IMG/VR virus record: IMGVR_UViG_3300037184_000106
Span: 1 to 52,237 of that record
Length of the DNA stretch: 52,237 nucleotides
Origin: a virus
Taxonomy: Duplodnaviria > Caudoviricetes
Direction: 5' to 3' (one strand)
Positions 20,815 to 30,786 of this stretch are shown here, piece by piece. The notes below the pieces were generated by a model. That model saw nothing but the letters and a program-made list of their open reading frames with translations. It ran no database searches and was not told the origin of the DNA. The position numbers and the translations under genes are program-made. Position 1 is the first letter of the stretch. The number at the start of each line of letters is the position of its first letter.

Positions 20815-21542
20815 GTCTTCTCTGCTACAACATATACACTGCTAGTATAAGCCATAACTAACTGAATGTGATCTACCCAAGGAGAACCACCCATCCAATA
20901 CATTGGTTGACGCATTTTTCTTTCAGGATAACCTTCAGCAGCAAATACAAACCATCCATTAAATGCCATATTGTATCCCGGTGTAAGAGTAAATTCAATA
21001 ACGTCTTTATAATCAAAACTCTGTGATGCTGGAGATACAACACTTCCCCACACATTGGTATAAACTGGTCCTCGGTTTATATCGTTTGTAATACCACTTA
21101 TCATACTATATGGTTTTACATAATTTCCGGTTAATGATATAACAAGATTATTTAATAGATAAGTTGCTTGTAAAAAATCAGGTCCATAAACAGTCTGAAT
21201 AACAAACGCCAACGGTCCTCCTGAATATGGCGTGATCATTGATCCTGACCAAGACATTGTTGTTGCAGCTGTTCCATCCATTTGGAATGTATCCGAGTTA
21301 GTGGGAGACATAACCTCAAAAACCATAACACTTCCAGTACCTACATACTCAAACAATTGAACATGAAATTCATCTGTATTTATTGCGTCACTGTTAATTG
21401 ATGCTGTTGACCATATCGCGGAAACGTTGCCATAATTGTATGAATAATTATGCGGCAATGACGATGTATCCATTAATACACCATGTGGATTTTCATCTAT
21501 TGGACCAATATTAACACTTGGTAAATTAAAACTGGCACTCAT
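20811..21542 (-). CDS. Hypothetical beta-rich protein, possibly virion-associated
   Basis: 243-aa ORF co-oriented 3 nt behind the lysozyme; contains TAS/TGS/SGS motifs. Confidence 0.5.
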   Translation of the reverse strand: MSASFNLPSVNIGPIDENPHGVLMDTSSLPHNYSYNYGNVSAIWSTASINSDAINTDEFHVQLFEYVGTGSVMVFEVMSPTNSDTFQMDGTAATTMSWSGSMITPYSGGPLAFVIQTVYGPDFLQATYLLNNLVISLTGNYVKPYSMISGITNDINRGPVYTNVWGSVVSPASQSFDYKDVIEFTLTPGYNMAFNGWFVFAAEGYPERKMRQPMYWMGGSPWVDHIQLVMAYTSSVYVVAEKT

Positions 21543-21545
21543 ATA

Positions 21546-22199
21546 TTAAGACGCACTTTTAAATACTTTTGCATTCCATTCCATGCGTTTCTTTATTCCT
21601 CGATTATTTGTACTTCTATATTCTCTATTATTCAGATATTCATCTGCGGCTTCTTTAAATTTATGTTGTGCTAGAAACATTTCTGTCTTAGGACCGAGAT
21701 CTCCACGAAATAATGAATTCAAAACTGCAATCTTTACCGTCATCGGTAATATATCAAAGTTCTTTATTTTAGACTTTATCCTATTTATTTTAAGTTGAAT
21801 ATCTTTATGCAGTAAATCATCGGCTTCAGAATCAGTTATTCCTTCATTAAAATTTTCTCCGGGAAGCATTTTATGTCCATAAGCTATTGTCGGTGTTCCA
21901 CCTTCAAGACTTTTGTGAGGAAACCATCTTTTCTTAGTCTTATCATAACCTCCCCGCACGTTCGACGGATTGTTCTCAAATTGTTTTATGACTTTTGATG
22001 CCTTATCTACGATATTTGAGTCACTGTCTCCAGCATTAAAATCTACATTACCCTGATAATACTGCGCTCCAGCCGCATCAGACGCTGGTTTGGCGTATGC
22101 GTGCCACGCAGGCTTGTTTAAAAAGCTTATAGTTGGAGGAGGTACATCGACTGCCTCTGATAGTAATTGCTTAGATATAAGTGACTTTAATTTGATCAT
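21546..22199 (-). CDS. Phage lysozyme-like (GH24) muramidase
   Basis: IKQFE...EGGTPTIAYGH...ITDSEADDLL...FKEAADEYL; TATTTATA 7 nt upstream on - strand. Confidence 0.75.
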   Translation of the reverse strand: MIKLKSLISKQLLSEAVDVPPPTISFLNKPAWHAYAKPASDAAGAQYYQGNVDFNAGDSDSNIVDKASKVIKQFENNPSNVRGGYDKTKKRWFPHKSLEGGTPTIAYGHKMLPGENFNEGITDSEADDLLHKDIQLKINRIKSKIKNFDILPMTVKIAVLNSLFRGDLGPKTEMFLAQHKFKEAADEYLNNREYRSTNNRGIKKRMEWNAKVFKSAS

Positions 22200-22247
22200 C
22201 TAGATCTATAAATATCATCCAATCAACCAATGCTGCCAAATTTGTTC

Positions 22248-22276
22248 TTGACGTTTTTGATTACTGCATCCATATT
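22248..22276 (+). promoter_or_regulatory. sigma70-like promoter
   Basis: TTGACG-17 nt-CATATT; ATG 6 nt downstream. Confidence 0.55.
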
Positions 22277-22282
22277 ATCCCA

Positions 22283-23446
22283 ATGAGTTCTAATACAAAA
22301 CGTATAGTTTCTATAGTTCTTACAGGTGGTCCCTGTGGTGGTAAGACCACAGCTAAAGCAAAAATAAAAGATTACTTCGAACCTCGTGGTTGGCGTGTTA
22401 TTATAGTTCCTGAGTCTGCTACCCAATTAATATTGTCCGGTATAGTTCCGTTCAAAGAGTCATCTATCGCCTTTCAATCAGCACTTCTCTCCACTCAATT
22501 GACTGCTGAATCTGTTGCCAAAACTTTTGCTCAACATTTAAATGAAAATGTTCTTCTTGTGTTTGATCGTGGTATTGTAGATGGAAGTGCTTTTACCCCG
22601 CTTGTAATTTGGCAATCTTTGATTGCCGAAAAAGGTCTTACACCAATCACTGCTAGAGATACACGATATGATGCCGTATTTCATCTGAATACCGCTGCTA
22701 AAGGCGCAGAAGCGTTTTATACATTGGAAAACAACCGTGCTCGGTGGCAGTCACCGGCTGAAGCAATTGAGAAGGATGATCTAATCTTAGCTGCTTGGTT
22801 GGGTCATCCACATTTACGTGTAATTGAGAATACTGGTGATTTTGACATCAAAATAGGAAATCTTTTACGTGAAATATCCACAATTTTAGGAATCCCCGAA
22901 CCTATTGAAAGAGAGCGCAAATTTCTTGTCTGTCTGCATTCGTTACCGTCCGAAGTCGAAAACTCTGCATATACTATCGTCCAAACATATCTACCTAAAT
23001 CTCCGGATTCTGACCAACAATTACGTTTGCGTAGAAGAGGAAGGAACGGTGAATGGATGTACATACAGACCTGTAAACGACCAATTCCGGGAGATCCAAC
23101 TGCTCGTTATGAGGTTGAAGTATTATTATCTGCTCAGGATTATTGGAAAAAGATCACCGAACCACGTGAACTAAAAGAATTGACTAAGCAGCGGGCATAT
23201 GCACTACATCAAGATGGTGGTCAGACACTGTATCTTGAGATTGATCGTTATATGTCATTTGATCCAAAACCACAATGTAATATTCCTATAGATCCATGGG
23301 CTATCGTTGAGGTAGAAACAGATCGTACTGACAACATTACTTTGCCTAACTGGTGTACTATTTTAGAAGAAGTTACCTTGCGCCCCGAGTGGCTTAACGT
23401 CTCGCTTGCACGAGACTATCTATCCAATCCTTATATTAATCGTTGA
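22283..23446 (+). CDS. NadR/Ttd14-type P-loop kinase (AAA_28) fused to CYTH-like domain
   Basis: VLTGGPCGGKTT, VPESAT, FDRG, YDAVFHL; then IERERKFLV, QTYL, RLRRR, EIDRY, IVEVE. Confidence 0.85.
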   Translation: MSSNTKRIVSIVLTGGPCGGKTTAKAKIKDYFEPRGWRVIIVPESATQLILSGIVPFKESSIAFQSALLSTQLTAESVAKTFAQHLNENVLLVFDRGIVDGSAFTPLVIWQSLIAEKGLTPITARDTRYDAVFHLNTAAKGAEAFYTLENNRARWQSPAEAIEKDDLILAAWLGHPHLRVIENTGDFDIKIGNLLREISTILGIPEPIERERKFLVCLHSLPSEVENSAYTIVQTYLPKSPDSDQQLRLRRRGRNGEWMYIQTCKRPIPGDPTARYEVEVLLSAQDYWKKITEPRELKELTKQRAYALHQDGGQTLYLEIDRYMSFDPKPQCNIPIDPWAIVEVETDRTDNITLPNWCTILEEVTLRPEWLNVSLARDYLSNPYINR

Positions 23447-23487
23447 AGTTCCTTGTACTTTTGCCCTACAGAATAATATTTATAGGT

Positions 23488-24903
23488 ATGAAACTTATCC
23501 AGATCATACGAAATATCATTTTAGAGAACGATGACGAAGGTGGATCGCTCGAAGTAGACAAGAAGATGACCGAAAAAACCCTTGACGATACTTTTAATCT
23601 CAATGATAGAGGACTTGATTATGTTAAAACTCAGTTGGAAAAACTTAATAAGAAGGCCAGTCGCATAGGAGTTCCTCCTCTTGAATTAAAGATATTGAAC
23701 GAAAAGTTCGTTAAAGTTACTCATGAAGATTTTCCAAATGGCTTCATGATGATAAAATACTATACGGTTAAAATAGAAGGAAAATCACCGATTATTGACG
23801 GATATGAATTCATTGCCAGTATTGAACATAGCTCCGCAGGGAACATTATAAATATATCTCCCAATGCAAGTGTAAGAGATCTTCCTCCGGAATACAGAAC
23901 GTCTAACACCGATTGCGATTATTGTCATACCAAACGTGATCGATTGAATACGTTTGTTTTGATGAAGACAGATACCAAAGAATTCAAGAAGGTCGGTCGA
24001 TCATGTTTGAAGAACTTTCTTCCCGGAAAAGATCCACAGTCAATTCTCGTTTGGGCAGCAATACTCAGTAGAATGTTGAATAGCCTTATAGGTGGAGAAG
24101 AAATGGAATATGAAGATCGAGATGGACGTGGAGGAGGTGGAGGATGGGGGAAATATTACGATGCCGAAACATATTTCAAGTACATGTGTTTAGCTTATTA
24201 CTTGAACGGAGAAAGATTTACTTCCGGTAAGGTTGCTCGTGAACATGAAGGAATGGTATCAACAGCAAATTTTGCGATGAATTTGATGAATATCAGTCGC
24301 CAGCCCGAGGACTTTAAGAAGGATTACCGAGAGAAAATTGCATCAAATATGCCAAAAGCAGAAGCTTTAGCCAAGAAAGTGGAAGAGTGGAAAGACACCA
24401 AGGATTGGGACGCCGAGATGGAAAAGAAACCGGATATGGCAAACTATTTCCACAATATGAAAGTGCTTTCTAATTCAGAAGCTATTCAATTTAAAAACGC
24501 CGGATATCATGCTTCTTTACTAGGTGTTTATCTCCGAGAGAAGGAATGGGGAGACAAACAGACGGTTGCTAAAGAAAAGGCAAAAACCAAATCTTACATT
24601 GGAAAGATAGGCGATAAGATCACATTCACCGGAGTATTAAAGAAATATACGTCATGGGAGTCTCAATATGGGTGGACACATCTATATAAGTTCTTGGAAG
24701 ATAATACAGAAAATGAAGTAATATACTTCTCAACCAGAGATCTTAACCTAGAAGAAGGAAACCGGTATAAAGTCAAGGCAACAGTCAAGAATCAACAGCC
24801 TTCGAAATATACCGGGGCTCCTGAAACAATTATTACACGTGGCAAGGTTGAACCGGCTGAAGGTACTGTATCGGCTCCTGTTGCCCCTATATCTCCACAA
24901 TAG
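23488..24903 (+). CDS. Phage protein with Cys motif and C-terminal OB-fold-like domain
   Basis: Start ATG 23488, 3 nt after TATTTATA; CDYC...VGRSC; C-terminal YIGKIGDKITF...SQYG...YKF. Confidence 0.6.
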   Translation: MKLIQIIRNIILENDDEGGSLEVDKKMTEKTLDDTFNLNDRGLDYVKTQLEKLNKKASRIGVPPLELKILNEKFVKVTHEDFPNGFMMIKYYTVKIEGKSPIIDGYEFIASIEHSSAGNIINISPNASVRDLPPEYRTSNTDCDYCHTKRDRLNTFVLMKTDTKEFKKVGRSCLKNFLPGKDPQSILVWAAILSRMLNSLIGGEEMEYEDRDGRGGGGGWGKYYDAETYFKYMCLAYYLNGERFTSGKVAREHEGMVSTANFAMNLMNISRQPEDFKKDYREKIASNMPKAEALAKKVEEWKDTKDWDAEMEKKPDMANYFHNMKVLSNSEAIQFKNAGYHASLLGVYLREKEWGDKQTVAKEKAKTKSYIGKIGDKITFTGVLKKYTSWESQYGWTHLYKFLEDNTENEVIYFSTRDLNLEEGNRYKVKATVKNQQPSKYTGAPETIITRGKVEPAEGTVSAPVAPISPQ

Positions 24904-24968
24904 TCGTTTTATAGAGGTGTGAGTGCATAATAGCGGTCGCAAACGCTTCGACCGACATATTTATAGAT

Positions 24969-25835
24969 ATGTCCATACAGGAAATAATTTCACATAGAAG
25001 CAAAAGATTCTCGGAAGTGTTATCTTATACATATACTATTACTAGAAAGAGTGATGGACAGCAGTATCATGGAGTAAGATACAAAAATGTGAAAGATGGA
25101 ATTTCTCCAGCAGAAGATCTTGGAAAAAGATATTTTACATCAGGAGTATTTAAATCAGATTTTAAATTAGATCCCAATGATTTTGAGGTAAAACTAAGAT
25201 GGACATTCGATAATATAGAAGATGATTTATTATGGGAATCTAGGGTAAATAGTCGGATTATACATAGAGAGACATGGGCCAATATAGCGGTTGGAAAAGG
25301 ATGTAGAGACATTGAAAAATTAAAGGTGAGACGTGAAGAAGCATGTGTTAAAAAGTATGGTGTTCCACATAATATGATGGTTAGAGAAATAAGAGATAAG
25401 AGAGACGAAACATTAGTTAGATTATTTGGAACTAAAAATATTTCTTCTTTGGATATTATAAAAGATAAAGTAAAACAAACATGTTTAAGAAAATTTGGAA
25501 CGGAATATTCATTTCAATCACCTTCGGTCAAGTCAAAAATAAAGAAATCTTTAATAGAAAGATATGGAGTTAGTAATCCAGCATTATGTCCTGCTATATC
25601 AAAAAAGAAAATGGATTCTAATATTAAAAAGTATGGAATGCATTATTTTAAAACAAAGGAATTTCTTGAATTAAATAAAATTAAAAGGGACGATATGTAT
25701 ATTAAATTAGCTAAAATGGATATAATATCTTTTACTCAATATTTATCGACGTTGTCTCAACATAAATCGATTCAAAATCAAAAGAAAACTCAACGAGAGA
25801 TTGGTGTAAAATTATTGGAGACTATAAATGCCTAA
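24969..25835 (+). CDS. Putative homing endonuclease (GIY-YIG-like N-terminus with KYGV repeats)
   Basis: YTY...YHGVR...YFTS; repeats KKYGV/RLFGT/RKFGT/ERYGV/KKYGM. Confidence 0.7.
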   Translation: MSIQEIISHRSKRFSEVLSYTYTITRKSDGQQYHGVRYKNVKDGISPAEDLGKRYFTSGVFKSDFKLDPNDFEVKLRWTFDNIEDDLLWESRVNSRIIHRETWANIAVGKGCRDIEKLKVRREEACVKKYGVPHNMMVREIRDKRDETLVRLFGTKNISSLDIIKDKVKQTCLRKFGTEYSFQSPSVKSKIKKSLIERYGVSNPALCPAISKKKMDSNIKKYGMHYFKTKEFLELNKIKRDDMYIKLAKMDIISFTQYLSTLSQHKSIQNQKKTQREIGVKLLETINA

Positions 25836-27045
25836 CACAAGTATAAATTATACAGTTGATAGTGACCGCGTGAGATGGCCGGGATCTGGGTCTGCTATTA
25901 CAACCGGCAGTGGAAAAACCCCCTTTGGTTTTTATGACGGCGACTTAGCGTTTCAATACCAAGCCCCACGAGCTGCTCAATGGGCAGCACTTATGTTAGG
26001 ATATCCGATTGTTGACGTAGAAATGCTTGATGTCAATTTTTATGCGTGTTTAGAAGCTGCTACTACTGAATATACAGCTCAAGTAAATCAGTTTAACATC
26101 ATTAATAATATCAGTCTTTTACAAGGACAATCTACAGATATTGATGTGACTCAACAGAACATACAGGGGTCTGGTCTTCCTTATTTGATTCGTCTTAGTG
26201 AAGCCTATGGAACGGAGTTTGGAGTAGGAGGGTTTGTCGATTGGAAAAAAGGACATATTCATATTCATCCAAATACACAATCATATGATTTACAAGCTTT
26301 GTGGGGAAACACCGTCGAAAGTGGGTCAAGAATAGAAATTAGAAGAATATTTCATGAAATGGTTCCTGCGGCTGCTCGTATTTACGATCCATTCTCTATG
26401 ACTGGAATGAGTTACAGTAATGTTCTAAATGAAATGGGATTCGCCGGATATTCTCCTGCGACTCAATTCTTAATGACTCCTATTTTTGAAGATCTATTGA
26501 GAATGCAGGCTATTGAATTCAATGACATGGTTAGAAAATCTGCATATAGTTTTGAGTTAGTCAATAATAAATTAAAGATATTCCCGATTCCGACTGTTCA
26601 TATGAAATTGTATTTTGAATATCTCTTGAATTATGAGCGGGACGCTCAGATATATAGTTCAGGTTCCTATTATCAAGTATCTGGTTCATCTAGTTATAGT
26701 GAAATTGGAGATTATAGTAATGTACCATATAACTTAATTCCATATTCAAAGATAAATTCTGTTGGCCAACAATGGATACGAAAATACTTTCTGGCGCTAT
26801 GTAAAGAGTTACTTGGAGCCATTCGTCAAAAATATCAAACTATTCCAATTCCCGGAGCAGAAGTTACTATGGATGGTGGAGAATTAAGACAAGAAGCTCA
26901 ACAAGAAAAAACAGATCTTATTACACAACTTAGAGAGAACTTAACGGCAACAGGCCGTAAGGCTCAGATGGATATGATATCGGCACAATCACAGCAAATA
27001 CAAGATTCTCTTAAAATGACAATGCTTGGAATCTATATCGGATAA
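25828..27045 (+). CDS. Neck protein (T4 gp13-like head-tail adaptor)
   Basis: LGYPIVDVEM N-terminal motif; WIRKYFLALCKELLG.IR.KY..IP.PG.EVTMDG C-terminal motif. Confidence 0.8.
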   Translation: MPNTSINYTVDSDRVRWPGSGSAITTGSGKTPFGFYDGDLAFQYQAPRAAQWAALMLGYPIVDVEMLDVNFYACLEAATTEYTAQVNQFNIINNISLLQGQSTDIDVTQQNIQGSGLPYLIRLSEAYGTEFGVGGFVDWKKGHIHIHPNTQSYDLQALWGNTVESGSRIEIRRIFHEMVPAAARIYDPFSMTGMSYSNVLNEMGFAGYSPATQFLMTPIFEDLLRMQAIEFNDMVRKSAYSFELVNNKLKIFPIPTVHMKLYFEYLLNYERDAQIYSSGSYYQVSGSSSYSEIGDYSNVPYNLIPYSKINSVGQQWIRKYFLALCKELLGAIRQKYQTIPIPGAEVTMDGGELRQEAQQEKTDLITQLRENLTATGRKAQMDMISAQSQQIQDSLKMTMLGIYIG

Positions 27046-27046
27046 C

Positions 27047-27448
27047 ATGGAATCACTTCTAGCTAATTTATTGTCTCCAACAGAAAAGAAACGGCTTAGC
27101 TTTTTAGGCATAAAGAAGTCGTTGCATCCACGCACCAAGTTTACCGGTCTTGAACGAAGATACTACCATATGCTGAAAAGCATGGATGTATTTTTTATAC
27201 CACAATATCCACTCTGTGGTCGTTATTTCGATGCGTATCTTCCAGAACAAAATATATTATTTGAATTTGATGGATCGTTTTGGCATCCAAAAGAAGACAA
27301 AGATTGTAAGTATGGATTTCAAAAAAAGAACATGAAAGTTGATGAATTAAAAAATACCATTGCTAAAGAAAAGGGAATGAAAATTATTAGAATTCGAGAA
27401 GAAGCACCAATAACAGAAAACGAAATGAAGGCACTTATATGGGGTTAA
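27047..27448 (+). CDS. Vsr/DUF559-like PD-(D/E)xK endonuclease
   Basis: TGLE...QY...FDAYLPEQNILFEFDGSFWH...D..K...GMKIIRIRE. Confidence 0.75.
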   Translation: MESLLANLLSPTEKKRLSFLGIKKSLHPRTKFTGLERRYYHMLKSMDVFFIPQYPLCGRYFDAYLPEQNILFEFDGSFWHPKEDKDCKYGFQKKNMKVDELKNTIAKEKGMKIIRIREEAPITENEMKALIWG

Positions 27449-27912
27449 AAGGACGATATTTTTCACAGCGGGATTTGAATTTCGTTAATTCGGTGAACGG
27501 TGAACTTATGGGAGACATTATTGAGGATCTTGTGTTGGTCTTCAAAATATCTCCCATTGAAACCGAGACCAACATCTACGGAGAAACTTCGGATAAAACA
27601 GGTAAGTGGTATCTACCGGGAATAGAAATATCGTCTCTTACAGATCGTCCAGAAATGACAGCTGAGTATGATGACTTTGGACCATCTCGTAGCCAGACCC
27701 ATATATTTAAATTCCGTGAAAAAATGTGTAGAATGCTCAACTTCTATCCAGAAATCGGAGACATCGTATTCTGGAATGACCGTTATTATGAAATAGATAA
27801 TGTAGTTCAAGAACAGTTACTGGGAGGTATTGCTGAGAAGAGTCATTCAGTTATTTGCAATTCTCACTACACTCGTATTACTTCTCTAAACGTTGTGGAG
27901 CGAAATTCATGA
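27439..27912 (+). CDS. Neck/head-closure protein (gp14-like)
   Basis: TNIYGE, PEIGDIVFWNDRYYEIDNV; position after gp13-like gene. Confidence 0.65.
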   Translation: MGLKGRYFSQRDLNFVNSVNGELMGDIIEDLVLVFKISPIETETNIYGETSDKTGKWYLPGIEISSLTDRPEMTAEYDDFGPSRSQTHIFKFREKMCRMLNFYPEIGDIVFWNDRYYEIDNVVQEQLLGGIAEKSHSVICNSHYTRITSLNVVERNS

Positions 27913-29069
27913 GTATAATTAAACTAAAATATTTGGTTAAAGAAATAGTCGAAGGAACGACATCGCTTCCTGACGGACTACCTTCTAAATGTATCATATC
28001 ACTTGAGGATTTTCTGATGGGTGTAAATGAATCCGATTTACTTGGATCTAAGAATACTCCTATATCCCCAGACGATCTACATTCATATTTAGGTAGAGTA
28101 AAGAATAAACAGACGGTTCCAACTGACAAATATAAGTTTCCATTTATCCATGCATCGAATATTCCTATTACCGACGAAAATGGAAATACATATGATTTAG
28201 AAGCATTGAAAAAAGACATAACAACAAGACCCGATCACATTCTGAAGCAGAATGCTAAATCTGAACTTACCGGTGGAGGAAAGAAGTTACAGTTGGAAAT
28301 AGGTCTCCCGGCTTTATTAGGTCTGGGGGTAAATGAAAAAACGAGCGAGTTCGTAATTGTTAACACTTGTCCGGGTGCGGGATCATGTAAAATAAATTGT
28401 TACGCCAAAGGAGGGAGCTATATAATGTTCCAACGAAGCCAGTTGAATCAGACTCGTATGCTTAATTTTGTATTGAACGATCCCGACGGGTTTGTGTTTA
28501 AGCTGTCTGAAGAAATAACTGCCCAAACAAAAAAGCTTTCTAAACAGGGAAAAACTCTTATAGTTAGATGGCATGACTCCGGAGATTTCTTCAGTCCCGA
28601 TTATTTAGATATTGCCCGTAAAGTAGCCAATAAGTTCCCGGAAGTAGAATTTATTGCATATACTAAGATGGCCTATGCCATGGGAGATAACCCACCTAAT
28701 TTAATGACTACATTTTCACATGGAGCAACTCCAGATCAAGAGAATAAAATAGATTTTGATACGTCCAAGCAGGCTATAGTTGTTCCATTGATTATGTTCA
28801 AAGACCTTGTTCACATGGCAAAGAATGGAAGACCTAAGAAAGATGAAAATGAAAAGATTCAATTCAACTCAAAAGAATCTTTTGATGAGTTAAGAAAGAG
28901 AGTCAGTGACAAATACCATATAGAATATGATACCATACTCTCATATGATGAACTAATGAAATCACCAGTTGAGAAGAAGAAGACATTTAATGTAATTGTT
29001 GTATCAGGAGATGGTGACGATGCGGCAAGTCGTCCAGACGTTCTTGGGATATATTTATTGGAACACTAA
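27909..29069 (+). CDS. GP88-family (radical-SAM-like) protein
   Basis: TCPGAGSCKINCYA Cys cluster, VRWHDSGDFFS, AYTK. Confidence 0.75.
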   Translation: MSIIKLKYLVKEIVEGTTSLPDGLPSKCIISLEDFLMGVNESDLLGSKNTPISPDDLHSYLGRVKNKQTVPTDKYKFPFIHASNIPITDENGNTYDLEALKKDITTRPDHILKQNAKSELTGGGKKLQLEIGLPALLGLGVNEKTSEFVIVNTCPGAGSCKINCYAKGGSYIMFQRSQLNQTRMLNFVLNDPDGFVFKLSEEITAQTKKLSKQGKTLIVRWHDSGDFFSPDYLDIARKVANKFPEVEFIAYTKMAYAMGDNPPNLMTTFSHGATPDQENKIDFDTSKQAIVVPLIMFKDLVHMAKNGRPKKDENEKIQFNSKESFDELRKRVSDKYHIEYDTILSYDELMKSPVEKKKTFNVIVVSGDGDDAASRPDVLGIYLLEH

Positions 29070-29074
29070 AACAT

Positions 29075-29377
29075 ATGAAAAAATCAGAATTAAAACAACT
29101 CATTCGTGAAGTCGTGGAAGAGCTTAAGGAAGAATGGAGCCGAGTATCCGAAGAATTCAACCGCAGATTAGATGGATTGAACGATCAGCAGAAAAGAGAT
29201 AATGGAATCGTTATTAGCATGATTTCAGATTTTGTAGATGAACTTAAACGAGAAGGATCATATAATGTCCGTGCTGCGAACGATCTTCGTCAATCGCTTA
29301 GAACGCATCAAATTGACTCCGGGTTATTCGATGATGCAATGGAATCGTCTGGAATTAATGATGATGTTGATATTTAA
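29075..29377 (+). CDS. Small hypothetical protein
   Basis: MKKSELKQLIREVVEE N-terminus. Confidence 0.6.
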   Translation: MKKSELKQLIREVVEELKEEWSRVSEEFNRRLDGLNDQQKRDNGIVISMISDFVDELKREGSYNVRAANDLRQSLRTHQIDSGLFDDAMESSGINDDVDI

Positions 29378-29382
29378 ATAAT

Positions 29383-30543
29383 ATGGCATGGCGTGGACCA
29401 GACAAATCAGTTAATCAAGAACCGAATCCAATAAGTCATGGACCGGAAATGTCCGATATGATTCGAACTAACAATCGTGCCGAACAAGTAAGAAGAGATA
29501 AAGATGAAGTAAAAAATTTCTCTGTTACACTGGCGGATATTGACAATACAATATTCAATTATTTGGATACGGTTATCAATCCTTCAGTTGTTACCGAGGG
29601 AAGGACAATCAAAGTTCCTGTCATTTTTTCATCTCAAGAGCGGTGGAAATCGATCAAGAAAGACGGTTATATTCGAGATAAACAGGGAAAAGTACAGTGT
29701 CCTGTCATTGCGTTCCGTAGAACTACAACTCAGCGCAATGACAATTTAACAACTCTCAATCGTTATCTACAATATCCAGCAGTCAAAAGATTTTCTGAGA
29801 AAAATCAATACGATAAGTTTTCTCTCATGAGTGGATTTGAACCTCTACAAGAGGTGTATTCTGTGGCATTACCGGACCATGTTATTATAAATTATGATTT
29901 CATAATCTGGACGGAACTCACTACACAAGGGAACTCTGTTATAGAAAAAATAAATTTCTCCAGTGAAGATTATTGGGGAGATATGAAACGATTTAAATTT
30001 CGTACAAGCATTCCAGATTTTAACCACCAAGTAGAGATAAGCGCAGATCAAGACCGCGTTGTAAAAACCACGTTTAGTATGATGACTTACGCATATCTTT
30101 TGCCTGACATATATGAAAATTACAAAAGCGTTGTACAAAAAGCATTCACTCAAAGAAAAATTGTATTTGATGTTGAACTGACCGGAGACTCTATAAAAAA
30201 TATCAACAATCAGAAAAAAGTATCAAAGACAACAAAACTGGGAAAGGACACTGTTCCAGACATCGACATAATTGATCCTATCCCATACAAAAATAGGAGT
30301 AGAACAATACGACCTTCAAATATAGAAGTAACGGAATGTTCTCAAGCAGTATTTGCTGGAATAACATCTAGTTATGCACTAGATGCAAAGATTTCAGACT
30401 TTGCTATAACTGCTAGTTATGCAACATTTCATACCGGTAGTTTCGTTGTTACTGCAAGTGGAGTTCTTTCTGATGAAACCGCAAGCTATGCATTAACGGC
30501 CAGTTATGCAGAAGACGTTGTTGCCGATGGAGGTACGTTCTAA
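29383..30543 (+). CDS. Tail completion/sheath stabiliser (gp15-like) with C-terminal TASYA extension
   Basis: KVPVIF...ERW, P.IAFRR, PDHVIINYDFIIWT, RVVKTTF. Confidence 0.7.
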   Translation: MAWRGPDKSVNQEPNPISHGPEMSDMIRTNNRAEQVRRDKDEVKNFSVTLADIDNTIFNYLDTVINPSVVTEGRTIKVPVIFSSQERWKSIKKDGYIRDKQGKVQCPVIAFRRTTTQRNDNLTTLNRYLQYPAVKRFSEKNQYDKFSLMSGFEPLQEVYSVALPDHVIINYDFIIWTELTTQGNSVIEKINFSSEDYWGDMKRFKFRTSIPDFNHQVEISADQDRVVKTTFSMMTYAYLLPDIYENYKSVVQKAFTQRKIVFDVELTGDSIKNINNQKKVSKTTKLGKDTVPDIDIIDPIPYKNRSRTIRPSNIEVTECSQAVFAGITSSYALDAKISDFAITASYATFHTGSFVVTASGVLSDETASYALTASYAEDVVADGGTF

Positions 30544-30549
30544 TTGCCC

Positions 30550-30756
30550 ATGTTTGCACCTATTACTGCCAGTTATACGTTGGATGCACAGACTTCAGAT
30601 TACGCCGTATCAGCCGGTTACAGTCTTAATATAACCACTATTCCTACTGGTGCTTTTGTACTCGTTGCTAGTGGTGCTCTTTCAGATGAAACAGCAAGCT
30701 ACACTATGACGGCGAGTTATTATGAACCGATTATATTAAATGCCGGAACGTTTTAA
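30550..30756 (+). CDS. Small protein duplicating the C-terminus of the preceding gene
   Basis: In frame right after TAA; LSDETASY.xTASY...GTF is shared with the upstream protein end. Confidence 0.5.
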   Translation: MFAPITASYTLDAQTSDYAVSAGYSLNITTIPTGAFVLVASGALSDETASYTMTASYYEPIILNAGTF

Positions 30757-30786
30757 TTCTTACACGTACATATTTATAAAGATACA

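Noticed and set aside
24904-24954. GC-rich hairpin CGGTCG...CGACCG as a tRNA or ncRNA fragment
   Set aside because: Only a 6-bp stem with no cloverleaf, T-loop or U-tract; insufficient to call
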